Source of the DNA: a virus | Lineage: Duplodnaviria; Caudoviricetes | Length of the DNA stretch: 33,610 nucleotides | Direction: 5' to 3' (one strand) | IMG/VR virus record: IMGVR_UViG_3300017747_005338 | Location: 1 to 33,610 of that record | Shown: in pieces, positions 26,050 to 33,610 of the stretch | Numbering within the stretch: position 1 is the first letter of the stretch | Layout of the letters: every line of letters starts with the position of its first letter | Notes under the pieces: generated by a model | The model's database searches: none | Seen by the model: the letters and a program-made list of their open reading frames with translations, nothing else | Told to the model about the DNA's origin: nothing | Position numbers and translations under genes: made by a program

Positions 26050-26520
26050 CTACATCCCTAATACTTTTATTACTGCAGCATGCACGTCTTCAGCTGTAAC
26101 AAATGCATCTTTATTATACTCGCATTGTTCCCAGAGCCAAAATTGTTTTTCTCTTAGATATTTTTTATGTTTAAGCAGATTAATATTTTCTTTATATCCA
26201 AATATATCAGGGTTAGATTGAGAAAATATTACAACCCCTCGTTTGCGTTCGTAGTTATGATTTAAGTGTTGCAAAAAACTATCAACTGAAATCCAAGTAT
26301 CGTATTCTTTTATAAGCTGTATAATTTCAGATAATTTTAAATTCTGTCTAAAATCAGTAATCCCCGCAATAGGTTTATCTTTACTTGCCCCGATTTGTAC
26401 GGTTTTTATACCACTATTATTCAATAATAAAATTAATTCCGACCAGTAAGGAAAGTTTTTTGGATTTTCTTTACCATTACGTAAAGCTTGTGCGTATGGA
26501 CTTATCAAAACAGTTTTCAT
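26050..26520 (-). CDS. GT9 (heptosyltransferase-like) C-terminal domain protein
   Basis: KNFPYW, VQIG, LSEIIQLI, ISVDSFLQHL, GVVIFS.SNP.IFGY. Confidence 0.75.
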   Translation of the reverse strand: MKTVLISPYAQALRNGKENPKNFPYWSELILLLNNSGIKTVQIGASKDKPIAGITDFRQNLKLSEIIQLIKEYDTWISVDSFLQHLNHNYERKRGVVIFSQSNPDIFGYKENINLLKHKKYLREKQFWLWEQCEYNKDAFVTAEDVHAAVIKVLGM

Positions 26521-27572
26521 GAAGTGTATTTTGTTTTATAAGCTTCTCCTAATGATTTATTCCAATTGTGTTTATCCATCCATGCATAGATATTATTTTC
26601 ATCTTTATTAACTAGCATACAAGATTCCGCTAGACTTACTACCTCAATTCCAACGTCTTGTTCAAACACGTCAGGGTAACACGCCCCAATAATAATTCTA
26701 TGATCAAAATACTTTTTCTTTATTGCAGGTAAAGCTGCTGATCGAAATGCATAGTGATCCCCAATGCCACCATCAAGAGGAATAACTTTAATTTTAGCTA
26801 TAGGCACTTTCCATTTTTTTAAATAGTCATAAAACACTTTTTCATCTTGTTCAAAAAATTTTACTTCATTTTGACTACGTATACCACCTGCTCCATATCG
26901 CATATGCCAAGTCTTTACATCGGTTAGCACTGATAGTCTCCAGCCAGCTCTTTTCATTTCATATGTAAAAATTGTCTCTTCTCTATGACCTACTTTAGAT
27001 AGTCTAGGGTCATACCCATGTTTACCAGCCTCTTTGCGATACAAAAACGTACTACCCTGTAAATGATCAACATCTACTATTTTTTGAGTATGTTTTTCCA
27101 TCCACTGTATATTCAAGCCTATAAAAATATCCTCAATTTTATTAGAACCTAACGTGCTGTATGCAAAAGGGTTTTTGGGATCTAGTATCAACGGCCCCAC
27201 TGCGCCTACCTTGGCATTATTAAACGCAAATTCGCTTAATTTTTGCAAAGTATCAGCTTCCATTATATTATCATCATCTAACCGCCAAACCCAATCCGTT
27301 TTTACTTCTTCTAAAGCGCGATTATGATTGATCACTTGTCCTCTTCGACCCCCTACTTTTACTTCCCAATTTATACCAACTCTATTTAATAGGGTAAAAA
27401 GATTCTTGTATATTTCATTATCTCGTAAATCTTCTAAGGTCGGATTATCATCATAAATAAATAAAGTGCCAGGCTTAACAGTTTGACTTGCAAGAGACGT
27501 TAAGACTAGAGGCAACGTAGTATTAAAACGTCCTTTTGTAGAAACAGTTGCAGTTACGTTTTCTGCTATCAT
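26517..27572 (-). CDS. GT2 glycosyltransferase fused to a GT9-like N-terminal domain (start reassigned to ATG 27572)
   Basis: IYDD, WRLDDD, VGAVG, HREET; C-terminal GGIGDH...ALPAIKKKY resembles a GT9 N-domain. Confidence 0.75.
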   Translation of the reverse strand: MIAENVTATVSTKGRFNTTLPLVLTSLASQTVKPGTLFIYDDNPTLEDLRDNEIYKNLFTLLNRVGINWEVKVGGRRGQVINHNRALEEVKTDWVWRLDDDNIMEADTLQKLSEFAFNNAKVGAVGPLILDPKNPFAYSTLGSNKIEDIFIGLNIQWMEKHTQKIVDVDHLQGSTFLYRKEAGKHGYDPRLSKVGHREETIFTYEMKRAGWRLSVLTDVKTWHMRYGAGGIRSQNEVKFFEQDEKVFYDYLKKWKVPIAKIKVIPLDGGIGDHYAFRSAALPAIKKKYFDHRIIIGACYPDVFEQDVGIEVVSLAESCMLVNKDENNIYAWMDKHNWNKSLGEAYKTKYTS

Positions 27573-27579
27573 TACCAAT

Positions 27580-27607
27580 ATTATACAAAACTACATAGAA
27601 AATGCAA
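27580..27607 (-). promoter_or_regulatory. Sigma70-type promoter TTGCAT-N16-TATAAT for GT2/GT9
   Basis: Near-consensus with an extended-10 TG; the -10 box ends 7 nt before ATG 27572. Confidence 0.65.
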
Positions 27608-27628
27608 TAATTTGACTAAATAATATTG

Positions 27629-28288
27629 ATGGTTTTAAAACTCATTACTCAAACTCCTATTACTGAAGGGCTAGATGTTCTTATTGAAGAGGGTAATAAG
27701 GACAAGCCTTCCAATATATACATTACTGGTGTATATATGGTTGCTGATGAAAAAAATCGTAACAACCGTATTTATAGTAGAGACGAAATGGCTAAAGAAG
27801 TAGCCAGATACAATGAAGAATTCGTTAGTAAAAATAGAGCATTAGGAGAGCTCGAGCACCCGCAAAGCGCAACAGTTAATAGTGAACGGGCTTGTCATAT
27901 GGTGACTGAGCTTAGAATGGATGATAATATCGTTAAAGGTAAAAGTAAAATACTTCGCACCCCAATGGGCGAAATAATGAGATCTTTAATTCTTGATGGT
28001 GTTAAAATGGGTATGTCGTCTCGAGCATTAGGACAATTAGAAGATAAGGGCGGGGTTAATTATGTCAAGAACATGAAACTTATCTGTGTTGATGCTGTAG
28101 CGGATCCTTCAGCACCCGGTGCATTTGTTAATGGTATATTAGAGTCAAAAAGTTTTGTTATTAGTACCGACGGCAGATTTGAAGAGGTATATGATAAACT
28201 TGAAACCGCTCTTTCTAAATTACCGCGTAAAGATGTAGATGTTTATTTAAGAGAAAACATTCTTAAGTTTATTAACAGTTTAAAGTAA
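27629..28288 (+). CDS. gp21: Prohead protease, T4 gp21-like
   Basis: NRNNRIY, ALGELEHP, TPMG, GMSSRALG, DAVADPSAPGAFV; TAAATA 6 nt upstream of ATG 27629. Confidence 0.95.
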   Translation: MVLKLITQTPITEGLDVLIEEGNKDKPSNIYITGVYMVADEKNRNNRIYSRDEMAKEVARYNEEFVSKNRALGELEHPQSATVNSERACHMVTELRMDDNIVKGKSKILRTPMGEIMRSLILDGVKMGMSSRALGQLEDKGGVNYVKNMKLICVDAVADPSAPGAFVNGILESKSFVISTDGRFEEVYDKLETALSKLPRKDVDVYLRENILKFINSLK

Positions 28289-28289
28289 T

Positions 28290-28442
28290 ATGAACCAACA
28301 AAAAGCTAACATTATTAAGTTTGTACAGAGTGTATCAAACAATAACTTTAAGGAAGCTAATAATTTTTTATCCGCGGTTGTTAATGAAAAATTAAAGGCG
28401 CGTATACAATCTGCTAATTCTAAACTTACAAATAGTAAGTAA
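28290..28442 (+). CDS. Small prohead core protein, gp67-like (50 aa)
   Basis: Not in the ORF track. MNQQKANIIKFVQSVSNNNFKEANNFLSAVVNEKLKARIQ... is helical and lies between the protease and scaffold genes. Confidence 0.65.
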   Translation: MNQQKANIIKFVQSVSNNNFKEANNFLSAVVNEKLKARIQSANSKLTNSK

Positions 28443-28488
28443 ACATACTGTAAACTAAGCCCAGTTTCCATAAATAATTCTATACCAT

Positions 28489-29436
28489 ATGAACGACATC
28501 ACCAATCTTTTAAAGGAAGCAACTAAGGACCTTTTATCCGAGGAAAGCCTCAAGGCCATTGCTGAAGCTGTAGAAAAGAAAGCTGAAGAAAAAGTACAAC
28601 TAGCTGTTGAATCAGCTCTTGTTAAGCAAGATGAAGAGTATGCAAGTAAACTTGAAAAAGTATTAGAAGCTATTGATGCCGATCATACTGAAAAGCTTGA
28701 TAAGATCGTAGCTCGTATCGATGAGTCTCATTCTGCTAAGTTCCAGCATGTTATGCAGACTCTCGACGAAACTCATAGTGTAAAGCTCGTTAAGCTTGTT
28801 AAGCTTTATGAAAACGCTCTTAAGAATGAAGCTGAGCAGTTTAAGAACACATTAGTTGAACAGCTTTCAAATTATATTGATCTTTATATTGATAAAGCTA
28901 TTCCAGCTGAACAAATTCGTGAAGCTACTGAAAACGCTCGTTCTCGTAAGATTGTAAATGAAGTAAAACGTCTTGTAGGCTTAAGTGATGAATTTGTAAA
29001 CGAAAGTATTAAAGAAGCTCTTCTAGATGGAAAGAAGCAAATTGATGAAGCTAATGCAAGAACTTCAGAAGTTGAAAAACAACTCAAACTTATATCTGAA
29101 AAAGCTGCAATTGCAGAAAAGAATCTTTTCTTAGAAAAGAAACTTGAAAACTTTCCAACTGCAAAGAAAGAATATATGCAACGTGTTCTTTCTGAAAAGT
29201 CTTTAAATTCAATTAAAGAGAACTTCGAATACGTTTCTGAAATGTATGATAAGAAAGAATCCGATGACGTAGAGACTCTTAGAGAATCCACCTCCCCAAA
29301 GACAAAGGGTGTAGACGTAGTGGTAGAAGACAAAAAAGTTCTAAATGAATCCAAGTCTTTTTCAACCGCTGAAAGCGATGGTGCTGATTTCGTTGCAAAG
29401 GCCTACGTAAGCGAATTTACTAAAAAGCTTTACTAA
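28489..29436 (+). CDS. gp22: Prohead core scaffold protein, T4 gp22-like
   Basis: Acidic coiled coil with LVEQLSNYIDLY and many L-x-E sites; between protease and capsid genes; CATAAATA upstream. Confidence 0.88.
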   Translation: MNDITNLLKEATKDLLSEESLKAIAEAVEKKAEEKVQLAVESALVKQDEEYASKLEKVLEAIDADHTEKLDKIVARIDESHSAKFQHVMQTLDETHSVKLVKLVKLYENALKNEAEQFKNTLVEQLSNYIDLYIDKAIPAEQIREATENARSRKIVNEVKRLVGLSDEFVNESIKEALLDGKKQIDEANARTSEVEKQLKLISEKAAIAEKNLFLEKKLENFPTAKKEYMQRVLSEKSLNSIKENFEYVSEMYDKKESDDVETLRESTSPKTKGVDVVVEDKKVLNESKSFSTAESDGADFVAKAYVSEFTKKLY

Positions 29437-29457
29437 GTTAAAACTTAAAAAAGTTTC

Positions 29458-29486
29458 AAAAAGCCCTCAGAAATGAGGGCTTTTTT
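29458..29486 (+). terminator. Rho-independent terminator AAAAAGCCCTCA-GAAA-TGAGGGCTTTTTT
   Basis: Perfect stem with GAAA tetraloop and U-tract; the upstream A-tract makes it potentially bidirectional. Confidence 0.88.
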
Positions 29487-29488
29487 AA

Positions 29489-29494
29489 TAAGTA
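29489..29494 (+). promoter_or_regulatory. Late promoter TAAGTA for the major capsid gene
   Basis: Immediately after the terminator; same motif as upstream of other late genes. Confidence 0.6.
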
Positions 29495-29557
29495 TTAATT
29501 CAAACGTTGAAGTACTGTCAAGTACTTGAGGTATGTTAGTTAAAAAACATTTAGTAT

Positions 29558-31006
29558 ATGAAACAAGTTAAACCTTCACAATCTTACATCAATCAAGATC
29601 GTGCAGCAAGCCTTCTCAAAAAGTGGGCTCCATTGCTCGATCATGCTGATGAAGCAACACCAGCAATCAAGGACGATCACACACGTCTAAACACCGCCAT
29701 TCTTCTTGAGAACCAAGAGCAGTGGTGCTTAAACGAAGCAAGCAATACCGCAGGCGCCGGTGGCGTATTCGGCACAGCTGGCTCCATGGGTTTTGGTGGC
29801 AAGCCATCTAGCGATTTCTACGCTACTGGTGACGCTCGTCTACCAAAGATCCTCATTCCAATGATCCGTCGTACTTTCCCAGAGCTTATCACCAACGAAA
29901 TCGTAGGTGTACAGCCAATGAGCGGTCCAGTAGGCCTAGCCTTCGCTCTCCGCTACAAGTACGAATCAGATCCTCTCGGTGCAACAAGTCCAGACGGCGC
30001 TTACGGTGCCGCTTCCAATACCCCACAAGGTTGGACAGTAGCATCTGACGGTCAAGAAGTAGGTTGGAATTATCTCAACACCCGCTTCACAGGTACATCT
30101 GCAAGCTGGCTCTCTGGTGGTGCAACAGCAATCACCGGTTCTGAAGCCTTCAACATTGTAGGTAGCGATCAAGGCGTAGCAAATCTTCTTGCTAACTTCG
30201 AACTAAGCTCAAACATCCCACAGATGGTTGTTGCTTTCGAGAAGACCGCTGTTGAAGCTGGTACCCGTCGTTTAGCAGCTCGTTGGTCCGTTGAACTTGA
30301 GCAAGACCTCAAGAACATGAACGGTATCGACATCGATAACGAGCTCACTAACGCAATGAGCTATGAAATTCAGGCTGAAATTGACCGTGAAATGGTAATC
30401 CGTATGTGCCAAGTTGCAATCAATGCAGGCTTCGGTCAGGGTTACTCAGTATGGTCTCCAGTTTCTGCTGACGGCCGTTGGTTAGGTGAGCGCAATCGCG
30501 ACTTCTATGCCCGCTTAATCGTTGAGGCAAATCGCGTTGCTATTCGTAACCGTCGTGGTGCTGCAAACTTCATCGTTGCCACCCCACGTGTTTGCGCAAT
30601 GCTTGAAATGCTTCCTGAGTTCCAATGGTTCCCAGTACAAGGCAATGTCAACACTCAACCTGTTGGCATCGCTAAGGTTGGTACCGTAGGCGGACGTTTC
30701 AACGTTTACCGTGATACACGCACTGAAGCTCAATACCAAGTAGGTACCCGTGGTACTGTTCTTGAGTATGCTCTTCTCGGCTACAAGGGTACAGAGTATT
30801 ATGACACTGGTATCGTTTACTGCCCATACATCCCAGTATTGGTACAACGCACCATCGGTCCTAATGACTTTGCTCCACGTGTAGGTTTAATGACCCGTTA
30901 CGGCGTCATTGACCACATCTTTGGTGCAAATCTCTATTACCACCTCATCATTGTAACTGGTCTAGGTACATCCTTCACACCAGGTACACAGTCAGTATTC
31001 CTCTAA
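29558..31006 (+). CDS. gp23: Major capsid protein, T4 gp23-like
   Basis: LLKKWAPLL, AILLENQ, cleavage-like LNE/A, GVQPMSGPVGLAFALR, ELEQDLK, EIQAEIDRE, YCPYIP, GLMTRYG. Confidence 0.97.
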   Translation: MKQVKPSQSYINQDRAASLLKKWAPLLDHADEATPAIKDDHTRLNTAILLENQEQWCLNEASNTAGAGGVFGTAGSMGFGGKPSSDFYATGDARLPKILIPMIRRTFPELITNEIVGVQPMSGPVGLAFALRYKYESDPLGATSPDGAYGAASNTPQGWTVASDGQEVGWNYLNTRFTGTSASWLSGGATAITGSEAFNIVGSDQGVANLLANFELSSNIPQMVVAFEKTAVEAGTRRLAARWSVELEQDLKNMNGIDIDNELTNAMSYEIQAEIDREMVIRMCQVAINAGFGQGYSVWSPVSADGRWLGERNRDFYARLIVEANRVAIRNRRGAANFIVATPRVCAMLEMLPEFQWFPVQGNVNTQPVGIAKVGTVGGRFNVYRDTRTEAQYQVGTRGTVLEYALLGYKGTEYYDTGIVYCPYIPVLVQRTIGPNDFAPRVGLMTRYGVIDHIFGANLYYHLIIVTGLGTSFTPGTQSVFL

Positions 31007-31037
31007 GAATACTACACCTAAGAGGTGTTTTAACAAG

Positions 31038-31068
31038 AACCCGCCCAGAAATGGGCGGGTTTCTTATT
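31038..31068 (+). terminator. Rho-independent terminator AACCCGCCCA-GAAA-TGGGCGGGTT-TCTTATT
   Basis: 10-bp GC-rich stem with GAAA loop, downstream of the capsid gene. Confidence 0.88.
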
Positions 31069-31095
31069 CTATTTTTACTAAATATTAACAGTTAT

Positions 31096-31386
31096 ATGAA
31101 ACCCATTAAATTAATATCTATATTAAGTTTATTAGCATTAACTGGTTGTGGAACTGTTGATGCAACTTATCAATCCACTAAAGGTATCGGTCAATCTGCT
31201 ATTGGCGGTGTAGGAAATGTAGTTGGCAATGGTGCTAACGATGTTTCTAAATCGCTAGGTATTGTTTCTGATACAGCCGGTAAAGTTTTATCTGGTGGTG
31301 GTAAAGTTATTGGTGGGGGTTTAGAGCTAGTCGGTGGTGTAGTAAAAGGTACATCCGATGTTATAGCTCCTTCCCCTGCTAAATAA
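31096..31386 (+). CDS. Gly-rich lipoprotein (lipobox LTGC), entericidin/glycine-zipper-like; start reassigned to ATG 31096
   Basis: MKPIKLISILSLLALTGC signal peptide II followed by GxxxG-rich repeats; TAAATA 11 nt upstream. Confidence 0.75.
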   Translation: MKPIKLISILSLLALTGCGTVDATYQSTKGIGQSAIGGVGNVVGNGANDVSKSLGIVSDTAGKVLSGGGKVIGGGLELVGGVVKGTSDVIAPSPAK

Positions 31387-32470
31387 GTTCTTGCTTAGCT
31401 AAATGTAGAGCTGCACCTATAATTTGGTGCATATCATAATATCTATATTCAGCTAAGCGACCCCCAAAAATTACATTGCTTTCTAAATCTGCACGCTCTC
31501 TATATTTTTTATAGAGAGCGTTGTTTTTTCCGTCATTAATCGGGTAATATGGTATTTTAGTACGGTTCCACTGTTCAGGAAACTCTAATGTTATAATAGT
31601 TTTATCCTGCTGTCCAAATTCAAAATGTTTATGCTCAATAATTCGAGTATAAGGAACATTTTCGTCTGTATAATTCATTTGCGCTACCCCTTGATAGTCT
31701 TTTATATCTAATACTTTGTGTTCAAACTTTGTAACGCGGTATTCTAATTCTCCGTAGCAATAATCGTAAAAAGCATCTATAGGGCCTGTATATATAATTT
31801 TACTTGCAAGTTTATTCCATTCATTTTTATTTCTTAAATAATCTGTATTAATAAAACACGGTATATTATATAGCATTTTGTCAATTATTTTGGTATAACC
31901 ACCTATAGGTATGCCCTGGTACACATCGTTGTAGTAGTTGTCGTCAAAATTAGTGCGAATAGGTATTCGCTTTATAATTGATGAAGGTAAATCTTTAGGA
32001 TTTTTCATCCATTGTTTTTTTGTATATCCTTTTATAAAGATTTCATATAAATCTTTACCTATTTCTGATAAACACCATTCCTCTAAATTTAAAGGATCAA
32101 CAATAGGCATTCTACTCTTTTCAAGTATTTCTTTTGCTGTATCTGGGTCTTTTACTCCAAATACTTGATATAAAGTTAAAAGATTTATAGGAAATGAATA
32201 AATTTTATCTTTATAGTTAACTCGAGGCCTGTTTACAAAATGATTGAAAGTCGCGAATTGATTTATATAATCCCAAATTTGTTTATTAGAAGTATGAAAT
32301 ATGTGAGGCCCGTACTCATGCACATTAATACCATGTATATTTTGAGTGTATATATTCCCCCCAACATGTTTTCTTTTTTCTAGTACTAAGCATTTCTTAC
32401 CTTGTTTTGTAGCTTCGAAAGCAAATACTGCTCCGAAAAGCCCGGAACCTACGATTAAATAATCATACAT
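31379..32470 (-). CDS. glf: UDP-galactopyranose mutase
   Basis: IVGSGLFG (FAD binding), HVGGN, HEYGPHIFHT, GYTKKQW, YQGIP, YTRIIEHKHF, PYYPIND, GRLAEYRYYDMHQ. Confidence 0.95.
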   Translation of the reverse strand: MYDYLIVGSGLFGAVFAFEATKQGKKCLVLEKRKHVGGNIYTQNIHGINVHEYGPHIFHTSNKQIWDYINQFATFNHFVNRPRVNYKDKIYSFPINLLTLYQVFGVKDPDTAKEILEKSRMPIVDPLNLEEWCLSEIGKDLYEIFIKGYTKKQWMKNPKDLPSSIIKRIPIRTNFDDNYYNDVYQGIPIGGYTKIIDKMLYNIPCFINTDYLRNKNEWNKLASKIIYTGPIDAFYDYCYGELEYRVTKFEHKVLDIKDYQGVAQMNYTDENVPYTRIIEHKHFEFGQQDKTIITLEFPEQWNRTKIPYYPINDGKNNALYKKYRERADLESNVIFGGRLAEYRYYDMHQIIGAALHLAKQELI

Positions 32471-32474
32471 ACTG

Positions 32475-32482
32475 TATAAATA
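32475..32482 (+). promoter_or_regulatory. T4-consensus late promoter TATAAATA
   Basis: Exact consensus 9 nt upstream of ATG 32492. Confidence 0.7.
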
Positions 32483-32491
32483 TAATTATAT

Positions 32492-33610
32492 ATGCCTACA
32501 GCAACTCAAGTCGTATACTACGCTTCTGCAGATGCTAGACTTGCCAATGCAATAGTATACGCAAACAGTTCAGAGTATCCAGCTGTATCAACTGTTAAAG
32601 TAGATCAGAGATACGATAGCGACAATAATACATTTACAACCCCCACTTCTACAACATACGTTTATCCTCAAATGATGTTGTTAACAAAGGACGTAAATAT
32701 CTCCAACGCCACTTCTTTTGGAGATACAGGTTCTATTGATGCTTTTGGCCGTTTAAGAGTTTCAACTATTGAAGCGCTTGAAGATTCAAAACAAATTTTT
32801 GATAGTTTACCACGTGTATTTGACACGTTTTTAAGTGGCGCTACCACATCTAGTTGGGTATCAGGAGATTCTTGTACTATACTAACTACCGCTAGTGCAG
32901 GGGACTTTGGCATAAGACAAACATTTGAACATTTTAATTATTCGCCAGGTAAGTCTCAATTAATATTTTGTACCGGGGTTTTCAGTAGTCAAACAAATAT
33001 TATTAAAAGAGTGGGTTATTTTACAAGCGGGGTGGTTTCTCCTTTTTCGAATATTGAAGGTTATTATTTTGAAAATAATTCCGGTACATTATCATTCAAT
33101 ATAGCAAACCCTAATGGGTCGGCTCCTTCTCAAAATATAACTAGAGCTAATTGGAATGTAGATAAGTTAGACGGTACTGGACCATCTGGAGTAACATTAG
33201 ATATTTCTAAAACTCAAATTATTGTAATAGATTTTGAATGGCTAGGGGTAGGAAGAGTTAGAATGGGATTTGCAATAGACGGGAAAATATATTATTGTCA
33301 TTATTTTAATAATGCTAATAATCTTACAAACGTCTATTTAAGAATGCCTAATTTACCAATAAGATATGAGATTAGACAAACAGGCCCCGGGTCCGGTAGT
33401 TTAACACAAATTTGCGCTTCGGTAAACAGTGAAAACTCTGGTCTGGGTATAGGTAGTCCTCTAGTTGTTAGTACCGGTTTTGCGACCACCACATTTACAA
33501 AAAATCAAAATAATGTCCTTTTTGCTGTTAAACCAACTTTAAAAGGATCTAATCTTTCTATAGACTCTTTAAATATTCTAACAGACAGTAATATCAATAT
33601 TAGATACGAA
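32492..33610 (+). CDS. Putative virion structural protein, beta-rich (partial; runs off window)
   Basis: Not in the ORF track because it has no stop in the window. Open frame MPTATQVVYY...DAFGRLRVS...RQTFEHFNYSPGKSQL...WNVDKLDGTGPSG...IDFEWLGVGRVRMGF, a motif series I recognise from large-phage proteins; late promoter upstream. Confidence 0.75.
   Translation, partial: MPTATQVVYYASADARLANAIVYANSSEYPAVSTVKVDQRYDSDNNTFTTPTSTTYVYPQMMLLTKDVNISNATSFGDTGSIDAFGRLRVSTIEALEDSKQIFDSLPRVFDTFLSGATTSSWVSGDSCTILTTASAGDFGIRQTFEHFNYSPGKSQLIFCTGVFSSQTNIIKRVGYFTSGVVSPFSNIEGYYFENNSGTLSFNIANPNGSAPSQNITRANWNVDKLDGTGPSGVTLDISKTQIIVIDFEWLGVGRVRMGFAIDGKIYYCHYFNNANNLTNVYLRMPNLPIRYEIRQTGPGSGSLTQICASVNSENSGLGIGSPLVVSTGFATTTFTKNQNNVLFAVKPTLKGSNLSIDSLNILTDSNINIRYE

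Noticed and set aside
31051-31095. Supplied upstream start for the lipoprotein (MGGFL...)
   Set aside because: That ATG lies inside the terminator hairpin; ATG 31096 gives a proper signal peptide and follows TAAATA.
28280-32913. ORFs 28280-28471, 28884-29354, 29966-30172, 30515-30847, 31938-32168 and 32668-32913
   Set aside because: Antisense to the gp67-like, gp22, gp23, glf and terminal structural genes.
1-33610. CRISPR array, tRNA/rRNA genes, dpdA or folE, alternative genetic code
   Set aside because: I saw no repeat-spacer periodicity or cloverleaf, and gaps are mostly too short. No TGT-fold or GTP cyclohydrolase I motifs were recognised. Conserved genes translate full length in code 11.

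Overview
This is a 33.6-kb, AT-rich, densely coding segment of a large T4-like (myovirus-type) dsDNA phage. T4-superfamily core genes are recognisable from sequence motifs: gp47 nuclease, gp55 late sigma factor, UvsW, UvsY, gp4, gp61 primase, gp62-like clamp loader, GroES/gp31-like co-chaperonin, gp15, portal gp20, neck gp13, protease gp21, gp67-like, scaffold gp22 and capsid gp23. Their order and strands are scrambled relative to T4. Accessory content: (i) a dispersed 7-deazaguanine pathway (QueD, QueE with a CX3CX11C motif, QueC, a stand-alone class II glutamine amidotransferase, and a DUF366-like ligase-fold protein); (ii) five glycosyltransferase ORFs plus UDP-galactopyranose mutase; (iii) ThyX, a DinG/XPD-like Fe-S helicase, an Hjc-like resolvase, a T4-type lysozyme, a lipoprotein and a GIY-YIG homing endonuclease. 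Reading the non-coding DNA shows three further things. First, two promoter classes (TTGNNN-N16-TANNNT and TAA(A/G)TA) mostly sit 5-14 nt from start codons with no Shine-Dalgarno site. Second, a relic copy of the gp13 C-terminus flanks the homing endonuclease. Third, an ORF-less promoter points into a structured, G-rich intergenic element that is a candidate origin or sRNA. All calls come from motif recognition by eye; no database searches were run.
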